A stretch of 64,000 bases of DNA from a virus (IMGVR_UViG_3300031521_000039:1-64000); one strand, 5' to 3'. Positions 9,513-21,591 are shown, counted from the first letter of the stretch. Program-made: numbers and translations. The notes: generated from the sequence alone by a model not told the origin.

Positions 9513-12500
9513 GAATAGAATCGGTATTGCAATTAGAACAAACAAAGGACAGTTTAAAGAATTTGATGTAGTTCTAAATGAATTCATGAATAAATTTAAG
9601 AGTGGTCAACTCAGTCAAGTTGATTATTTAGCAGGTGTACAAGCATTAGCTGGCACACGTCAACGAGAGACTTTAATGAGTTTAATGGAGAATATAGACG
9701 ACTTAAACGTACATCAGAAAGAAGTAGCTGAATCAGCTGGAATGTCTAAGAAAATGATGGATGAAGCTTATAATGGAAGTTTAGATGCTAAAGTAAATGA
9801 CTTAAAAAGAGCTTTTGAAGGATTATATGAAAAAATAATGTCTTCAGACTCTTTAAAATGGCTAATTACAGAAGCAACACAATTAGTAACTGCAATAGCA
9901 AATGTTGATGGAAAAACAATAGCATTTATAGGAACAATTGGACTTACTACAGTCGCTATATCTAAATTGGTAACTATGAATAAAATTTTAATGACAGAAC
10001 AGGCGGGAAATGGTCTTGCAACAGGTTTCTCGCATTTAATAGGAATATTAACTGGTATGACTCCACTCATGGGTACTACAACAGTAGCCACGCAAGCACT
10101 TGTTGGTGTTCAAGCAGAAGCAACTTTAGCAACCGAAGCCCTCACAATGGCAGAAGCACGTGCATTATTAGCAACCGAAGCATTGACAGTAGCACAAGAA
10201 GGACAAGCAACAAGTGCATTTGCAATAGGAGTAGCAGAAGCTGAAGTTATGCTTGCGACTGATGCATTAACTATAGCACAAGGAGAAGCAGTAATTGCCA
10301 CAGAAGCACTTGCAGTAGCCGAAGCTGAAGTAGTTATTGAATCAGCGGGATTGACTGGTGTTTCAGGTGCATGGGCATTAGTTACTGGAGGTATTGAAAG
10401 TGCAGTAGTTGCTTCATTATCATTTATGATGACTCCTATTGGATTGGTTATTGGTGCACTTGCTATAACTATAGGTATAGCAGGAAAAGCTTTTTATGAC
10501 TATAAACAACATGAAGCAGAAGTTGAAAAGCAATCAAAGTCACTTAAAGATGCAATAAATGGTGTAAATGAAGCTATAAAAAATGGAGATACAAAAGGAG
10601 CTTCTGATAAACTAGATAAACTTGCGGAATCAGAAAAAAAATATCAAGATGCATTAGAAAAGAAAAAGAAAATCGAAGCTGAAATCACCAAAGTACAGGA
10701 GGATATGACAAACAATCCTTTCAATGGTGAAGGAGATTTACAAGTATTAAATGTTTTACAAAGTGAACTTGAAGATGTGACCAAAGAATTAAATACTCAA
10801 GATGAAGCATTTAAGAAAGCAGGACTTAGTGCAGAAGATTATGCTAATATACAACAAAGTGTAGCTGATGCGAAAGTTGTTGATACAATAAAAGAGCAAA
10901 CCAAAGCACAATTAGAAAGTAGAGAAAATCTTGAAGGGGCTAAAAAAGAATATCAAGATTTTATAACTACGACTCAAGATTTATACACTGAATATCAAAA
11001 TTTATCATCACAAGAAAATTTATCAGCAGAACAAAAGACACAATTAATGTCAGTAACTGAACAATTACAATCTAAATTCACCGATTTAAATATTTCAGTA
11101 GACGAAAATGGTAAAGCACATATCGAAAACACTCCATTAATTGAAGAAAACATTTCATATTTATCTAGTGAAGGAATGACCGTAGAAACATTAACCAGTG
11201 TTCGTTTAGCAGATAGTAAGGCTTGTAGTGAATGGTCTGTAAATAATCAAAACATGACTTATACAGAAGTTATGAATAATATTGAGAATTATAAAACTGA
11301 AATTGAAGCTTTAGGTAAATTGGCAGAAGCTAGAAATGCTAATGCAAGTAACCCAGGTTTTATCGGACCAATTCAAGATACTGATTATGATAGTCAAATA
11401 AAAGATGCTACTGATAAAGAAAAGGCATTAGAAAGTGCTAAAACTAAAATTGATAGTATATATGGCTCTATAAAAGCACCAATTAATAATGCCAAATCAG
11501 GTGGAGTATCTGATGGTGGAAATTATATGCCTTCTGGTGGAGGAAAAGAAAAGAAAGCAAAAGAAGTAAAAGACTATACAGATGATATTGCTAAACTTAA
11601 ATCCACAGATGATATTGACAGATATGCTGACGTTAATAGTGGATTAACTTTAGTAAATAATTCTTTAAAAGAGAATAAATTATTACAGGACGCAACTACT
11701 GGTACAGAACATCAAAATGCGTTAAAACAAGAATTAGTATTATACGAACAAAAAAGAACTGCTATAATGAAGATTGTTGACGAACAAAAAAAAGATATGG
11801 AAGAAAGAAAAACGGCATTACAACAATCTGGGTTTGAATTTGATGCGAATGGAAAACTACTTAATGGAAGACAAAAATTATTGGAATTACAACAACAGGC
11901 TAATGCTATGGGTGGGAATACTGAGGCTGAAAAAACTGCTAAGGAAGATGCGATAAAAAATGTCAAGGATTTAATTAGTAATACAAAGGAATATACAGAT
12001 TTAGTTAATACTAAGATTCCAGAAAATATAAGTCAATGGGAAGAGTTAGCTAATACTATTAAAAAGACTCAACAAGAAACAGTATCTAAGCTTAGAGATG
12101 AGTTAGTTGATGATTTAAAAAGTCAATATGAAGAAGATAAAGATGCTGAATTATCTAAGTTAGATGAAGTTTATAAGGCTGATAAAGATAGATTAGAAAA
12201 AGAATACAAAACTGATTCTGAGAATCTTAAGAAACGTAAAGAGTCTGAAATAGATTTCTATCAACAACAAATTGATAAGTTACAGAAAGAACTTGACGAT
12301 ATTGATAATGATTCAGTTGAGAAAAAAACTAAATTAGCAAAGCTTCAAGCCGAATTAAAATTGTGGCAAGCTGACACATCTGTTTTTAGCAAAAAGAAAC
12401 AAGAAGATTTATCTACTGAGATTTCAAAATTGCAAAAAGACATTAAAAAAGATGATTTAAAGAATCAAATTGAGGCTTTGAAGAAAGAACAAGATGCTAA

Positions 12501-13404
12501 AAAAACAACACAAGATACAGAATTAGATGATTTAAAGACTAGCAATGATAAAGAAAAAGATGAGATAGAAACAAAATATAACAAGCAAAAACAAGTCGCT
12601 GAAGATAAATATAAAGAAATGTTAAAAGATAAGAATTTATATGTTAAAGCTAATGAAATGATGACAAAAAACCAACAAGAACAAATGATTGAATTGCTTA
12701 AAAAGTATGACACTTCATATAAAGATGTTGGATTAATGTTATCAAAGAGTCTTACCGATCCATTTTTAGAACGCATAAAAGCAGTACAAGAAGCTATGAA
12801 AGGATTGGGCATTGCTAATATAGGTGATTCAAATGGTTCATCATATACTACTAGTCAAAAATCAAGTGTAGCAGATAAATTTACCAATAAAACTTCAAGT
12901 GGAACTAATTATTATTATGATGGTAATAATATAATATCCGATGCATATATACCAGATGAAGAAAGACAAAAGATATTAGACAATATAGCTGGATATGATA
13001 CTGGTGGCAGAACTCCAAGTAATATATCTAACAAAGGTGTACTAGGTATACTTCACAAAGATGAAAAGATATTAAATGCAGAAGAAACAAAACAAACAGA
13101 TAAAAATACTGAAATGATTAGTGGAATATATGCCTATATCACTTCAACAAGTGGAGCATTAATATCACAATTATCTAGTCAGTATTCAAATCCTAGTAAT
13201 TATTCATTGCCAAGTCTAGTAGGAACTAATTTAAATGGAATTGCTAGTAATGTTACAAATACTTCAAGTAATGTATCACAACCAATTAATATAAACTTTG
13301 GAGACATTATTAATCATAATGGTGCAGAAGCCAATATGAATATGGATAAAATAATTAAAACAGTAAAAAAATCAATTAAAGAAGACGGAAGACTATACAG
13401 ATAA
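9513..13404 (+). CDS. tail tape measure protein, exon 2 (spliced product ~1981 aa)
   Basis: Same frame as exon 1; NRIGIAIR..LAGTRQRE, Ala-rich repeats, C-term GYDTGG..LHKDEKILN. Confidence 0.9.
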
Positions 13405-13564
13405 ACAGAAGAAAATAATAAATTAATACAATGTGATAAATAGTTAAAAGACATATTTTAAAGTAATCTTAATGATGAAATTTAATGTGTCTTTAATAAT
13501 GTTTATTTTTAAAAAACAAAATTTATAATAGAAAGGACTGATTCATATCGACTATCAACATTTC

Positions 13565-14365
13565 ATGTCTTTTAACTTAACAGACCCAAGAACAGGAAAA
13601 ACTAAAAATATATTTGACGATTTTGGTGGAAGAATAATTAATACAAATGAAACAACTTATGATAGAGAATGTATGCCACAATTAAATTTTATTACTGATA
13701 AGAATGATAATAGAGATGGGGAAATATTTATTGGTGGAGCATTAGGAACAAGAGTTATAGAAATGACATGCTTCTTTTCTGAAGAAGATGGTGGAGGAGA
13801 TTTATCTGAATTAAAAAGGTGGTTATTTAAACAACATAATAATAAAAAACTCCAACAAATATTTGAATGGGATGGAGCAGACGATAATTCAGCCATACTC
13901 GCCATCGAATCTGGAGGGTGGCAATCTAAAGTTTATTACCAAAAGAAATTCTATGGGGAGATTCCTTTAAAATTCATATGCCACTCACCATATTATTTTA
14001 TTAAAGACGAAAAAGATATACTTTTTACTGGTTTAAAAGCAGGAGACATGAGAAATATTAGATGTGCTGGAAATACTGAAAGTTATCCATTAATTAAAAT
14101 AGTTCCCAATGGCACACAATCAGTTATACAATTTAATTGGAATGGTTTAATTGTTACTTTAAATAATGTAGACAAACCTATTTATTTAGATTGTTGGCTC
14201 TCTTCTTGTTATGAATATATTAGTGGCATTATAACTCCAACGAATAAATGTAATACAACTCTCTATAAGGATTTCCCACTAGTTGATGCTGATTTACCTA
14301 ATTCTATAACTGTATTACAAGGGAATTTTGATATGATTATTACTTTGAATAGCAGAATTATATAG
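13565..14365 (+). CDS. distal tail protein (Dit)
   Basis: Follows TMP; RDGEIF, LKRWLF, LKFICHSPY, GNTESYPLIKI motifs. Confidence 0.8.
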   Translation: MSFNLTDPRTGKTKNIFDDFGGRIINTNETTYDRECMPQLNFITDKNDNRDGEIFIGGALGTRVIEMTCFFSEEDGGGDLSELKRWLFKQHNNKKLQQIFEWDGADDNSAILAIESGGWQSKVYYQKKFYGEIPLKFICHSPYYFIKDEKDILFTGLKAGDMRNIRCAGNTESYPLIKIVPNGTQSVIQFNWNGLIVTLNNVDKPIYLDCWLSSCYEYISGIITPTNKCNTTLYKDFPLVDADLPNSITVLQGNFDMIITLNSRII

Positions 14366-14462
14366 TAAATTAATAAAATTGTATAAAAAATATTGAGAAT
14401 TCATTTAATATGAGTTATTTTATTATGCTTAAAATTAAATTAAGAAAGGAGAAATAAATTAA

Positions 14463-16454
14463 ATGAATAAAATAGAGTTTATTAAAGATGAGTTTTTAAA
14501 TCCAACACCTGTCTTATATTTGTGTAGGGGAATTATTGAAACATCATTAAAAAGCAGAGATTTTAATACTGCTGTAAATATTATTAAATCTGATAAACAG
14601 AACGAAGTTTCTACCCTTACTTTTGAAATCCCGTTTTTCAAGGATAGAAAAATTACGATAGATGATTGTGAAAAACTTGTAAAATTTGAAAATGATTATT
14701 TTTTAATTAAAGAAATTGTAACTGATGATGGAAGCATGCCTAATATAAAAGTATCATGTGAACACGAAAGCACAGAATTAAAAGGATGTTATTGTGAGAC
14801 AATTAATGCAATTGGTGTATCTCCATATGATATGTATTTAGCAATTATGAAAGCAGTTAGACATCCAATTGATTTAACAAAGAATTATAAATGGTTAGGA
14901 ACAGATGTAGTTAATAAATTTCGACATTTACAATGTGAAGATGAACAATCTGTGTATGAAAACTGTATTTCAATGGCAGAAGTTTTCAATGGGTGGATAG
15001 AGGTTACCACAGATGAAAATGGACAAAATTGGATTTTTTTAAGAACCCAAGAAATTGATGATGGAAAATTCATTAAGAAGAATCTTGAAATGAAGACATT
15101 AAATATTACTGCTGATAGCAAAGAAATTTTCACCCAAGTTGAATTATTTGGGAAACAAGATGAGTTGACAGGTGAAGAAATAAATATAATGACAGTAAAT
15201 CCGAATGGCAGAAGTTTTCTAGAAAATTATAGTTATTATCTTGCTAAAGGCATACCAACTAGTAATATTGATAATGAACCGAAATATCAACAATTAAAAG
15301 TAATTAGAGATGAAAAATATATAACGCCACAGGATTTATATGATATGGGTATTGAAGAATTAGCAAAATGTTCTATACCAAAGATTGATGCTTCCATTAC
15401 AATGAGTGACATATCAATTTATATAGATAGTCCAATTGTACCTCCAAGGGTTGGACATAGACTTTTATGTATTGATAAAGATATTGATTTCATATTTACA
15501 TGTAAAATAATTGGAGTAGAAAGACCTTACAACAACCCTGCTGATGTAAAAATTGAAATAAGTAATGTAAATAGGTATGACACAACATATCAAAATATTA
15601 ATCATACTGTAGATAATGCAAATAAAGTAATAAGTACTGACCCTACAAATACAGATGGCAATAATACTGGCGACTCTAAACCATATATCAAAATGAGTGA
15701 TGTAAAAGATGGGGATCACTGGAATGTAACTAAAAGGTTTGGAGATACGTTTTCGTTGGCAACTCAAACAAATAATTTAATTTCACTCAGAGTCGATGAA
15801 CAAAATAAATCATTTGCGGAGTTAAAAATTACGGCAGATGCTATTACAAGTACAGTTTCAGATATAAGCGATACAAATAAGAAAGTATACTCTCAAATCA
15901 CACAGACTGCTAAAAATATTAAAGCTATAGTAGTAGAAGATGCGGATTCAGGAAGTGTAGAATTAGATAAAGATAAATTTGTAGTTGCCTTCAACGGGTC
16001 TACTAATAGACAAGCTGTTATTGATAGAGTTGAAGGCTTATATTTGGGAAATCCTGACACTGGAACATATAGTAAAGTCGGATATGATGGAAGGTTAACT
16101 CTGTATACTGGAAATGGAGAGAAACCATATCACTGTATATCAAAATTAGTTCAAATTGAGATATACAATGATACAGATGATGATAATGGATATACTAGAG
16201 GTGAAGCTACTTTACCAAGTATTTTTGATGGAATAGATGGATCTAGTATAACTGTGGCTGTAAGTATAAAAAAAATATGGAAAGATAATGAATCATCAGC
16301 AAGTTATTATCCTTTTTTCTTTGGAGCATATCCAGAAGAAATAAGTAATGGAAAAGTAAGTATTTTAGGTGCTTCTCAATGGGGGAAAAATGGTGATACT
16401 GACAGTAATTCTTATGATGGTCGTATTTTATGTACAGTTTTATTAATTGCATAA
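14463..16454 (+). CDS. tail spike/hub protein (Tal-like prophage tail protein)
   Basis: Follows Dit; STLTFEIPF, INIMTVNPNGRSFLENYSYY and SQITQTA repeats. Confidence 0.75.
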   Translation: MNKIEFIKDEFLNPTPVLYLCRGIIETSLKSRDFNTAVNIIKSDKQNEVSTLTFEIPFFKDRKITIDDCEKLVKFENDYFLIKEIVTDDGSMPNIKVSCEHESTELKGCYCETINAIGVSPYDMYLAIMKAVRHPIDLTKNYKWLGTDVVNKFRHLQCEDEQSVYENCISMAEVFNGWIEVTTDENGQNWIFLRTQEIDDGKFIKKNLEMKTLNITADSKEIFTQVELFGKQDELTGEEINIMTVNPNGRSFLENYSYYLAKGIPTSNIDNEPKYQQLKVIRDEKYITPQDLYDMGIEELAKCSIPKIDASITMSDISIYIDSPIVPPRVGHRLLCIDKDIDFIFTCKIIGVERPYNNPADVKIEISNVNRYDTTYQNINHTVDNANKVISTDPTNTDGNNTGDSKPYIKMSDVKDGDHWNVTKRFGDTFSLATQTNNLISLRVDEQNKSFAELKITADAITSTVSDISDTNKKVYSQITQTAKNIKAIVVEDADSGSVELDKDKFVVAFNGSTNRQAVIDRVEGLYLGNPDTGTYSKVGYDGRLTLYTGNGEKPYHCISKLVQIEIYNDTDDDNGYTRGEATLPSIFDGIDGSSITVAVSIKKIWKDNESSASYYPFFFGAYPEEISNGKVSILGASQWGKNGDTDSNSYDGRILCTVLLIA

Positions 16455-16474
16455 GAACTTAAGGAGGTTTAGAT

Positions 16475-16729
16475 ATGAAAAAAATGACAATATTTTATAA
16501 ATTAAAAACGTTAGAAATAGTTGCAGTTGTTAGTGGAATTCAAAATTTAGGATATTTTGCAGATATGGATATGGATGTTGTAGAATTAATTTATGGCATG
16601 GTTTTCGTAGAATTAGATACCTATATTATATCACATAGAAAAGAATTTGAATTAATAAAAAATGATGTTGAAGAATTAAAACTTCAAATGAAAGACGAAC
16701 TAAAACAGAGGCTACAAAAATATTTATAA
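16475..16729 (+). CDS. hypothetical tail-associated protein
   Basis: SD AAGGAGG, follows Tal. Confidence 0.7.
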   Translation: MKKMTIFYKLKTLEIVAVVSGIQNLGYFADMDMDVVELIYGMVFVELDTYIISHRKEFELIKNDVEELKLQMKDELKQRLQKYL

Positions 16730-16857
16730 AAATTTAATAAATTAATAGAATAATAGTTGACATATAACTCGGAAGATGGTAATATTAAATTATACCAATG
16801 AAAAGGAATTATGGTATAATATATAATAATATGCAAAATAAAAGGAGAGTGTTAATT

Positions 16858-17709
16858 ATGATAAAATCAATAAATAAATTAATGAAATTGACTATAGCAA
16901 TCACTACAATTCTAAGTGTAAGTTCTGTGGGAGCAAATGCTGAATGGAGACAAAATAGTACAGGTTGGTGGAATACAGAAGGAGATAACTATTCTACTGG
17001 ATGGAGATTATTAGATAACAAATGGTATTATTTTAGTGAATCTACAGGCTATATGCAAACTGGATGGGTTCAAAACACTGATGGGAAATGGTATTACCTT
17101 CAAGAAGATGGAAGTATGGCAACTAATATGACTATTAATGGTTATACATTAGATACTAACGGAGTATGGATTGATAATAGTAAAAAAGTAGTAACTACTA
17201 ATACATCAACTACACCTACTATAATAAATGATTCTAATACAGTATCATCAACAACTAATGTTAAACCAACCGTATCATCTAATAGTGATAATAATTCTTC
17301 AAATTCAAGTAGTAGCTCAGACTCTAGCAGTAGTTCATCATCTAGTAACAATTCATGGCGAAATGCATTGACAGTTTTTTATTATAAAGATAATAAAAAT
17401 GTAAGTGATATGGCAACTGGTAAACAAAATTTAGGATATTATCATCTTGATATTCCAAGTAAGATTGCTGAAACAGAAGCTAAATATGGCTATATTATTA
17501 TAAATATCCCAGACAGAAGTCAAATAACAAACATGATTTCTCATTATAAAGATTATGAAGTAAAAGAGGATAATGGAGTAATGAAACTTGTAAAAAAGTC
17601 AACAACTTATACAAGTTCATCAAGTAATGATACTTCAGGTATTAATTCAAGTGGTACAATCACTCCAACACCAACAACGACATCCTCATCAGTAACAACT
17701 AAAGAATAA
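16858..17709 (+). CDS. secreted protein with cell-wall (choline-binding-type) repeats and Ser/Thr linker; moron
   Basis: Signal peptide ending ANA; EWRQNSTGWW..KWYYF..GYMQTGW repeats; own TTGACA promoter. Confidence 0.8.
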   Translation: MIKSINKLMKLTIAITTILSVSSVGANAEWRQNSTGWWNTEGDNYSTGWRLLDNKWYYFSESTGYMQTGWVQNTDGKWYYLQEDGSMATNMTINGYTLDTNGVWIDNSKKVVTTNTSTTPTIINDSNTVSSTTNVKPTVSSNSDNNSSNSSSSSDSSSSSSSSNNSWRNALTVFYYKDNKNVSDMATGKQNLGYYHLDIPSKIAETEAKYGYIIINIPDRSQITNMISHYKDYEVKEDNGVMKLVKKSTTYTSSSSNDTSGINSSGTITPTPTTTSSSVTTKE

Positions 17710-17732
17710 TTGTATGAATATAGAAAAACATA

Positions 17733-17761
17733 TTGACAATGCTGAAAATTAGACATATAAT
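17733..17761 (+). promoter_or_regulatory. sigma-A promoter of the small RNA in TA-like locus 2
   Basis: TTGACA(17733)-17 nt-TATAAT(17756). Confidence 0.8.
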
Positions 17762-17767
17762 AAGAAT

Positions 17768-17848
17768 TGTAAAGAAGTTAAATAATAAAATTCTACAAAG
17801 CATTTTATTTTAGGTAAGACACTGGGTGCAAAACAGTGTCTTATTTTT
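17768..17848 (+). ncRNA. putative type I antitoxin small RNA (locus 2)
   Basis: Consensus promoter; terminator TAAGACACTG-loop-CAGTGTCTTA-TTTTT; 19/21 direct repeat (17792-17812) of the peptide start region (18076-18096). Confidence 0.65.
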
Positions 17849-17990
17849 ATGTTTAAATATAAATAAAGGACTTTCTAATTATATCACTTACCATCTCACA
17901 TGAGTGCAAATCACGTTTTTAAAGTTTTATAATATACTTGTCCTTATATTAATTATCTTGTCATCTGTTTATTAGAATGTATTAATGGGG

Positions 17991-18092
17991 TTACTTACAA
18001 AAGTGTAATGCTATTGTTATAATCCAACCAATGACCGCAATAACAATAGTTTTATCTGAATGATTTTTCAAGAAGTCTACAAAGTTTTTTAT
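17991..18092 (-). CDS. 33-aa hydrophobic peptide, type I toxin-like, probable ATA start ((M)KNFVDFLKNHSDKTIVIAVIGWIITIALHFCK)
   Basis: SD GGAGG 8 nt before ATA; HxDKxxxIA[IV]IG shared with the 722-829 peptide. Confidence 0.6.
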   Translation of the reverse strand: MKNFVDFLKNHSDKTIVIAVIGWIITIALHFCK

Positions 18093-18276
18093 TTTAATCG
18101 CCTCCCTCCCAATAGGATATTTGAGATGGCATTATAATTATAGCATATAATCAACCAAATAATACAATTTTATACAAAAATATTCAAGATTTGGAAAGTA
18201 AATTTTCTAGGTCTTTTATTATGTCTAAATTTATATTTTATCAAATAATAAACTGAAAATAAAGAAGGTGAAATTA

Positions 18277-18486
18277 ATGCCAAGTATTTTAACAATAAAA
18301 CAAAAAGAAGCCCAAGATGCCATTAATACAATGAATCAAAAATATATAGATTCAACTACACAACTTAATAAAACAAAAGATGAAGGGTTTGGAATATTAG
18401 AATCTAAATTAAAAACGGAAGCGGAATATCAAAAAGATACATTATTAATGGCATATAAAGATATGAATGATTTAAGAAAGGAATAA
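18277..18486 (+). CDS. hypothetical protein
   Basis: ORF with SD GAAGGTG. Confidence 0.55.
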   Translation: MPSILTIKQKEAQDAINTMNQKYIDSTTQLNKTKDEGFGILESKLKTEAEYQKDTLLMAYKDMNDLRKE

Positions 18487-18550
18487 AAGAAAATAACAAG
18501 ATAAAATCAACATTTTAAATAAATCAATAATATAGAAAGGAGTTGATTAA

Positions 18551-19513
18551 ATGGCTAATACCGAAATTTTTGAGATTGATAATCGTGATATTGATCTTAA
18601 AAATTATCAGAAGATTAATATACCGGTAGCATTAAATGATACGATTATCCTAAAGTTCGATATTTTTAATAATAATGCACCAGTAGACTTAACAGATTTT
18701 AATATAGAATTTAGGGCATATTTACCTAAGAGTATAGTTCCATATTCTCAAACAGACAATATTGTTAAAAGTGGAAATACATTAACAATTACTTGTGATA
18801 AAGAATTATGTCAAGAAATAGGACAAATTCAAGCTACACTTAGAATATGGAATAGTCAAATGTTGCAAAAATCAAATTATTTAATTGTTTTGAAAGTAAT
18901 GTCTACAATTCCAAGCGATGAAGTTATTTCTTCAGTAGCAACATTATCAGCACTTAATAGTTTAGATTGGGCTATTAATCGATATTTAGAGCTTAAAGTA
19001 GACCTTATGGGACAAATAACATTGGCTGAAACAACATTGTCTAATTTAACTAATGAAGTTACATTAGCAAATACAACTTTAGGCAATATGGTAGCTGAAA
19101 ATACTTTATTAATAACATCATACAACAATGCTGTCACTATGAATGATAAGTTAGATAATAATGTTAATCGAGCAATTAATTTAGATGCACAAGTTGAAAA
19201 TCATATCACTGATTTGAGTTCAAATATTGCAGTTGCAAAGTATTATAATAATGAATTAAAAGTAACTACTACAACTGCACAAACATTAGATACAGATTTA
19301 AAGAGTGAAAATATATGGGCAAGTCAACAAATTGCTATTATGAAATCATTTGGTGACATTACAACATTAGTTACAATAATGAATAATTACAAGATTGAAT
19401 TAGATAGTTTATCTCATTTTGTAGATATAATGATGCAAAGCAATCCTATCAATTGGACAGATGATAATGGTAATAATGTTCTAGATGACAATGGAACTGT
19501 AATAACAATTTAA
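18551..19513 (+). CDS. baseplate upper protein BppU-like (DUF2479 N-terminus, coiled coil)
   Basis: LKFDIFNNNAPVDLT..GQIQATLRI N-terminal pattern; tail-module position. Confidence 0.7.
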   Translation: MANTEIFEIDNRDIDLKNYQKINIPVALNDTIILKFDIFNNNAPVDLTDFNIEFRAYLPKSIVPYSQTDNIVKSGNTLTITCDKELCQEIGQIQATLRIWNSQMLQKSNYLIVLKVMSTIPSDEVISSVATLSALNSLDWAINRYLELKVDLMGQITLAETTLSNLTNEVTLANTTLGNMVAENTLLITSYNNAVTMNDKLDNNVNRAINLDAQVENHITDLSSNIAVAKYYNNELKVTTTTAQTLDTDLKSENIWASQQIAIMKSFGDITTLVTIMNNYKIELDSLSHFVDIMMQSNPINWTDDNGNNVLDDNGTVITI

Positions 19514-19544
19514 TAAATTAAAATTAATAAGGAGGAATTAAACA

Positions 19545-21260
19545 ATGGCAAAGGTAATAGATTTTGTAACTTCTACTGGAATAACAAATGATGATTATTT
19601 AGTTATGGCTGAAAATTCAACAGGCAATACTAGAAAAATAAAAAAATCAGATGCAACACCTATTATAAATGATTTAGCAACTGGTGGTACAGATAAATAT
19701 TTGAGTGCAGAACAAGGTAAGGTTGCAAAAGGATTGATAGACATTAATACAACAGATATAAATACATTAAAAGGACAAGTTTTACAAAAAACATTAACTA
19801 ATATAGAAATAGGTTCATCTCCAATTACTTCATTAACAGGTATATTAGATGGATTTGTAGATAGTTTAATTTTTAAAGGCAAGACAAGATATAAAACTTC
19901 GGGAGGTATATATACAGATACATATGCAACTGGAGTAATATTAGAATCTGCTGGACAAAATGAAGGTAAAATAACAATGTCTTCATTAAAACCAGACAAT
20001 ACTATAGGAGATTCTATAAATATAACATTAGCAACTCCATTAAGAGGAATAACTGTAAATGCTACTAAATATCAAGATATTTTAAATGTAACAAATAAGA
20101 CAGTTATAAGAAATATTGGTAAGAAAATATTTACAGGTACTAGTACAGAAACTTGGACACTTGGAAATCCAACATTACAAACAAATACATTACAGTTTAT
20201 ATACACAATAGGAGATTGTAAAACAGGATTAAGTTCAACAGAAGTTAATTTAATGAATGATAAATTTGCAATGATTTCTTCTACAGATAATATAGCAAAT
20301 GATAGTGAGTCAATTGCTATAAATGAGAATGGTAAATTATTAATAAGAATATTAAAAAGTAAATTATCAAGCCAAGATGTAGCTGGATTTAAATTATGGT
20401 TAAATAGTGTAAATGTAACCATAGTATATCCATTAGTAAATTCTATTTCTGAGACTATAAATGATGTAGGAACATTACAAACTTTTGCAGATGGATATTT
20501 ACAATTAGATAATGTAATTGTGCCAATAGTAAATTTCAATTATCCAGTAAAATTAGCTTCAGTAGTAGATGAACATACAAAAATAATAGATTCAACAGTT
20601 GATAAAATTGGAGATTTAACTACAGGATTGTCAGATTTGACGAAGATTCCAGGAGTTATTGATGATACTGGAAGTGCGAATATTTATGTAATAACTTTAG
20701 TAAGTGCTCCAACCGCATATGCTAAATATCAGACTTTTAAATTCATAGCTAAAACTGCTAATACAGGAGCAAGTACATTGAATGTAAATGGTTTAGGTGT
20801 TAAAGCATTAGTTAAAGATGTTAACGTAGCTTTGGTTACAGGAGATATTTTAGTAGGACAAATAATAACTGCTATTTATGATGGTACAAACTTTCAAATA
20901 GTACCTGATTTTAGTGCTAAATTCGCAAGCAAAGTGGATGTATCTTATGAAAATCCTATTGTTCCAACATTAATTGGCTCTTGGGTTAATTATGGTGGGG
21001 CAAATAATACAGCAGGATATTGGAAAGACCCTTTAGGAAATATACATTTAAAGGGTACAATAAAAAATGGAGTTGTCAATAACGCAGCTTTTCAATTGCC
21101 CGTAGGCTATAGACCTATATTAACTGAAATGTTTGCTGTGCCTTCTGGTGGCGGTTTATTTGGTATTATACAGATAACCAATGATGGGTATGTTACTCCA
21201 ATGATTGGTTCTAACGCATATTTTTATTTAGATGGTATTAATTTTAAGGCAGGTGTATAA
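19545..21260 (+). CDS. tail fibre / receptor-binding protein
   Basis: IINDLATGGTDKYLSAEQGK, ANTGASTLNVNGLG, C-term IHLKG..FQLPVGYRP. Confidence 0.8.
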   Translation: MAKVIDFVTSTGITNDDYLVMAENSTGNTRKIKKSDATPIINDLATGGTDKYLSAEQGKVAKGLIDINTTDINTLKGQVLQKTLTNIEIGSSPITSLTGILDGFVDSLIFKGKTRYKTSGGIYTDTYATGVILESAGQNEGKITMSSLKPDNTIGDSINITLATPLRGITVNATKYQDILNVTNKTVIRNIGKKIFTGTSTETWTLGNPTLQTNTLQFIYTIGDCKTGLSSTEVNLMNDKFAMISSTDNIANDSESIAINENGKLLIRILKSKLSSQDVAGFKLWLNSVNVTIVYPLVNSISETINDVGTLQTFADGYLQLDNVIVPIVNFNYPVKLASVVDEHTKIIDSTVDKIGDLTTGLSDLTKIPGVIDDTGSANIYVITLVSAPTAYAKYQTFKFIAKTANTGASTLNVNGLGVKALVKDVNVALVTGDILVGQIITAIYDGTNFQIVPDFSAKFASKVDVSYENPIVPTLIGSWVNYGGANNTAGYWKDPLGNIHLKGTIKNGVVNNAAFQLPVGYRPILTEMFAVPSGGGLFGIIQITNDGYVTPMIGSNAYFYLDGINFKAGV

Positions 21261-21261
21261 A

Positions 21262-21591
21262 ATGAAAAAAGTTATAAGAATTGATTTAAATGGATTATTT
21301 ATTGAAGAAGTGTTGATTGAAGAAAATGCAGAAATTTTGAAAGATTGTATTGAAGTTCTATGCCCAGAAGGATTTTACAAACCTAAATGGGATGGCGAAA
21401 AATGGATTGAAGGTTTGACACAAAGCGAAATTGATACGCTTAAAAATACTGTAGAAAAACCAACGCAAGAAGAAATTTTAAGATCAAATTTATTAAAAGA
21501 CAATGTTGCTTTTAAATTACAATTAGCTCAACAACAAAAAATAAATGCTAATTTGTTAACTCAAATAGCTAAATTAGGAGGTACACAATAA
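21262..21591 (+). CDS. tail fibre-associated protein (XkdW-like)
   Basis: PEGFYKPKWDGEKWIEG motif, follows fibre gene. Confidence 0.7.
   Translation: MKKVIRIDLNGLFIEEVLIEENAEILKDCIEVLCPEGFYKPKWDGEKWIEGLTQSEIDTLKNTVEKPTQEEILRSNLLKDNVAFKLQLAQQQKINANLLTQIAKLGGTQ

Noticed and set aside
9225-9585. Two separate TMP genes or a nonsense/frameshift pseudogene
   Set aside because: Both ORFs are in the same frame and the gap has full group I intron structure whose removal restores a conserved TMP motif.
17270-17350. Ser-rich low-complexity tract as a DNA repeat element
   Set aside because: It is a coding linker with mixed Ser codons.
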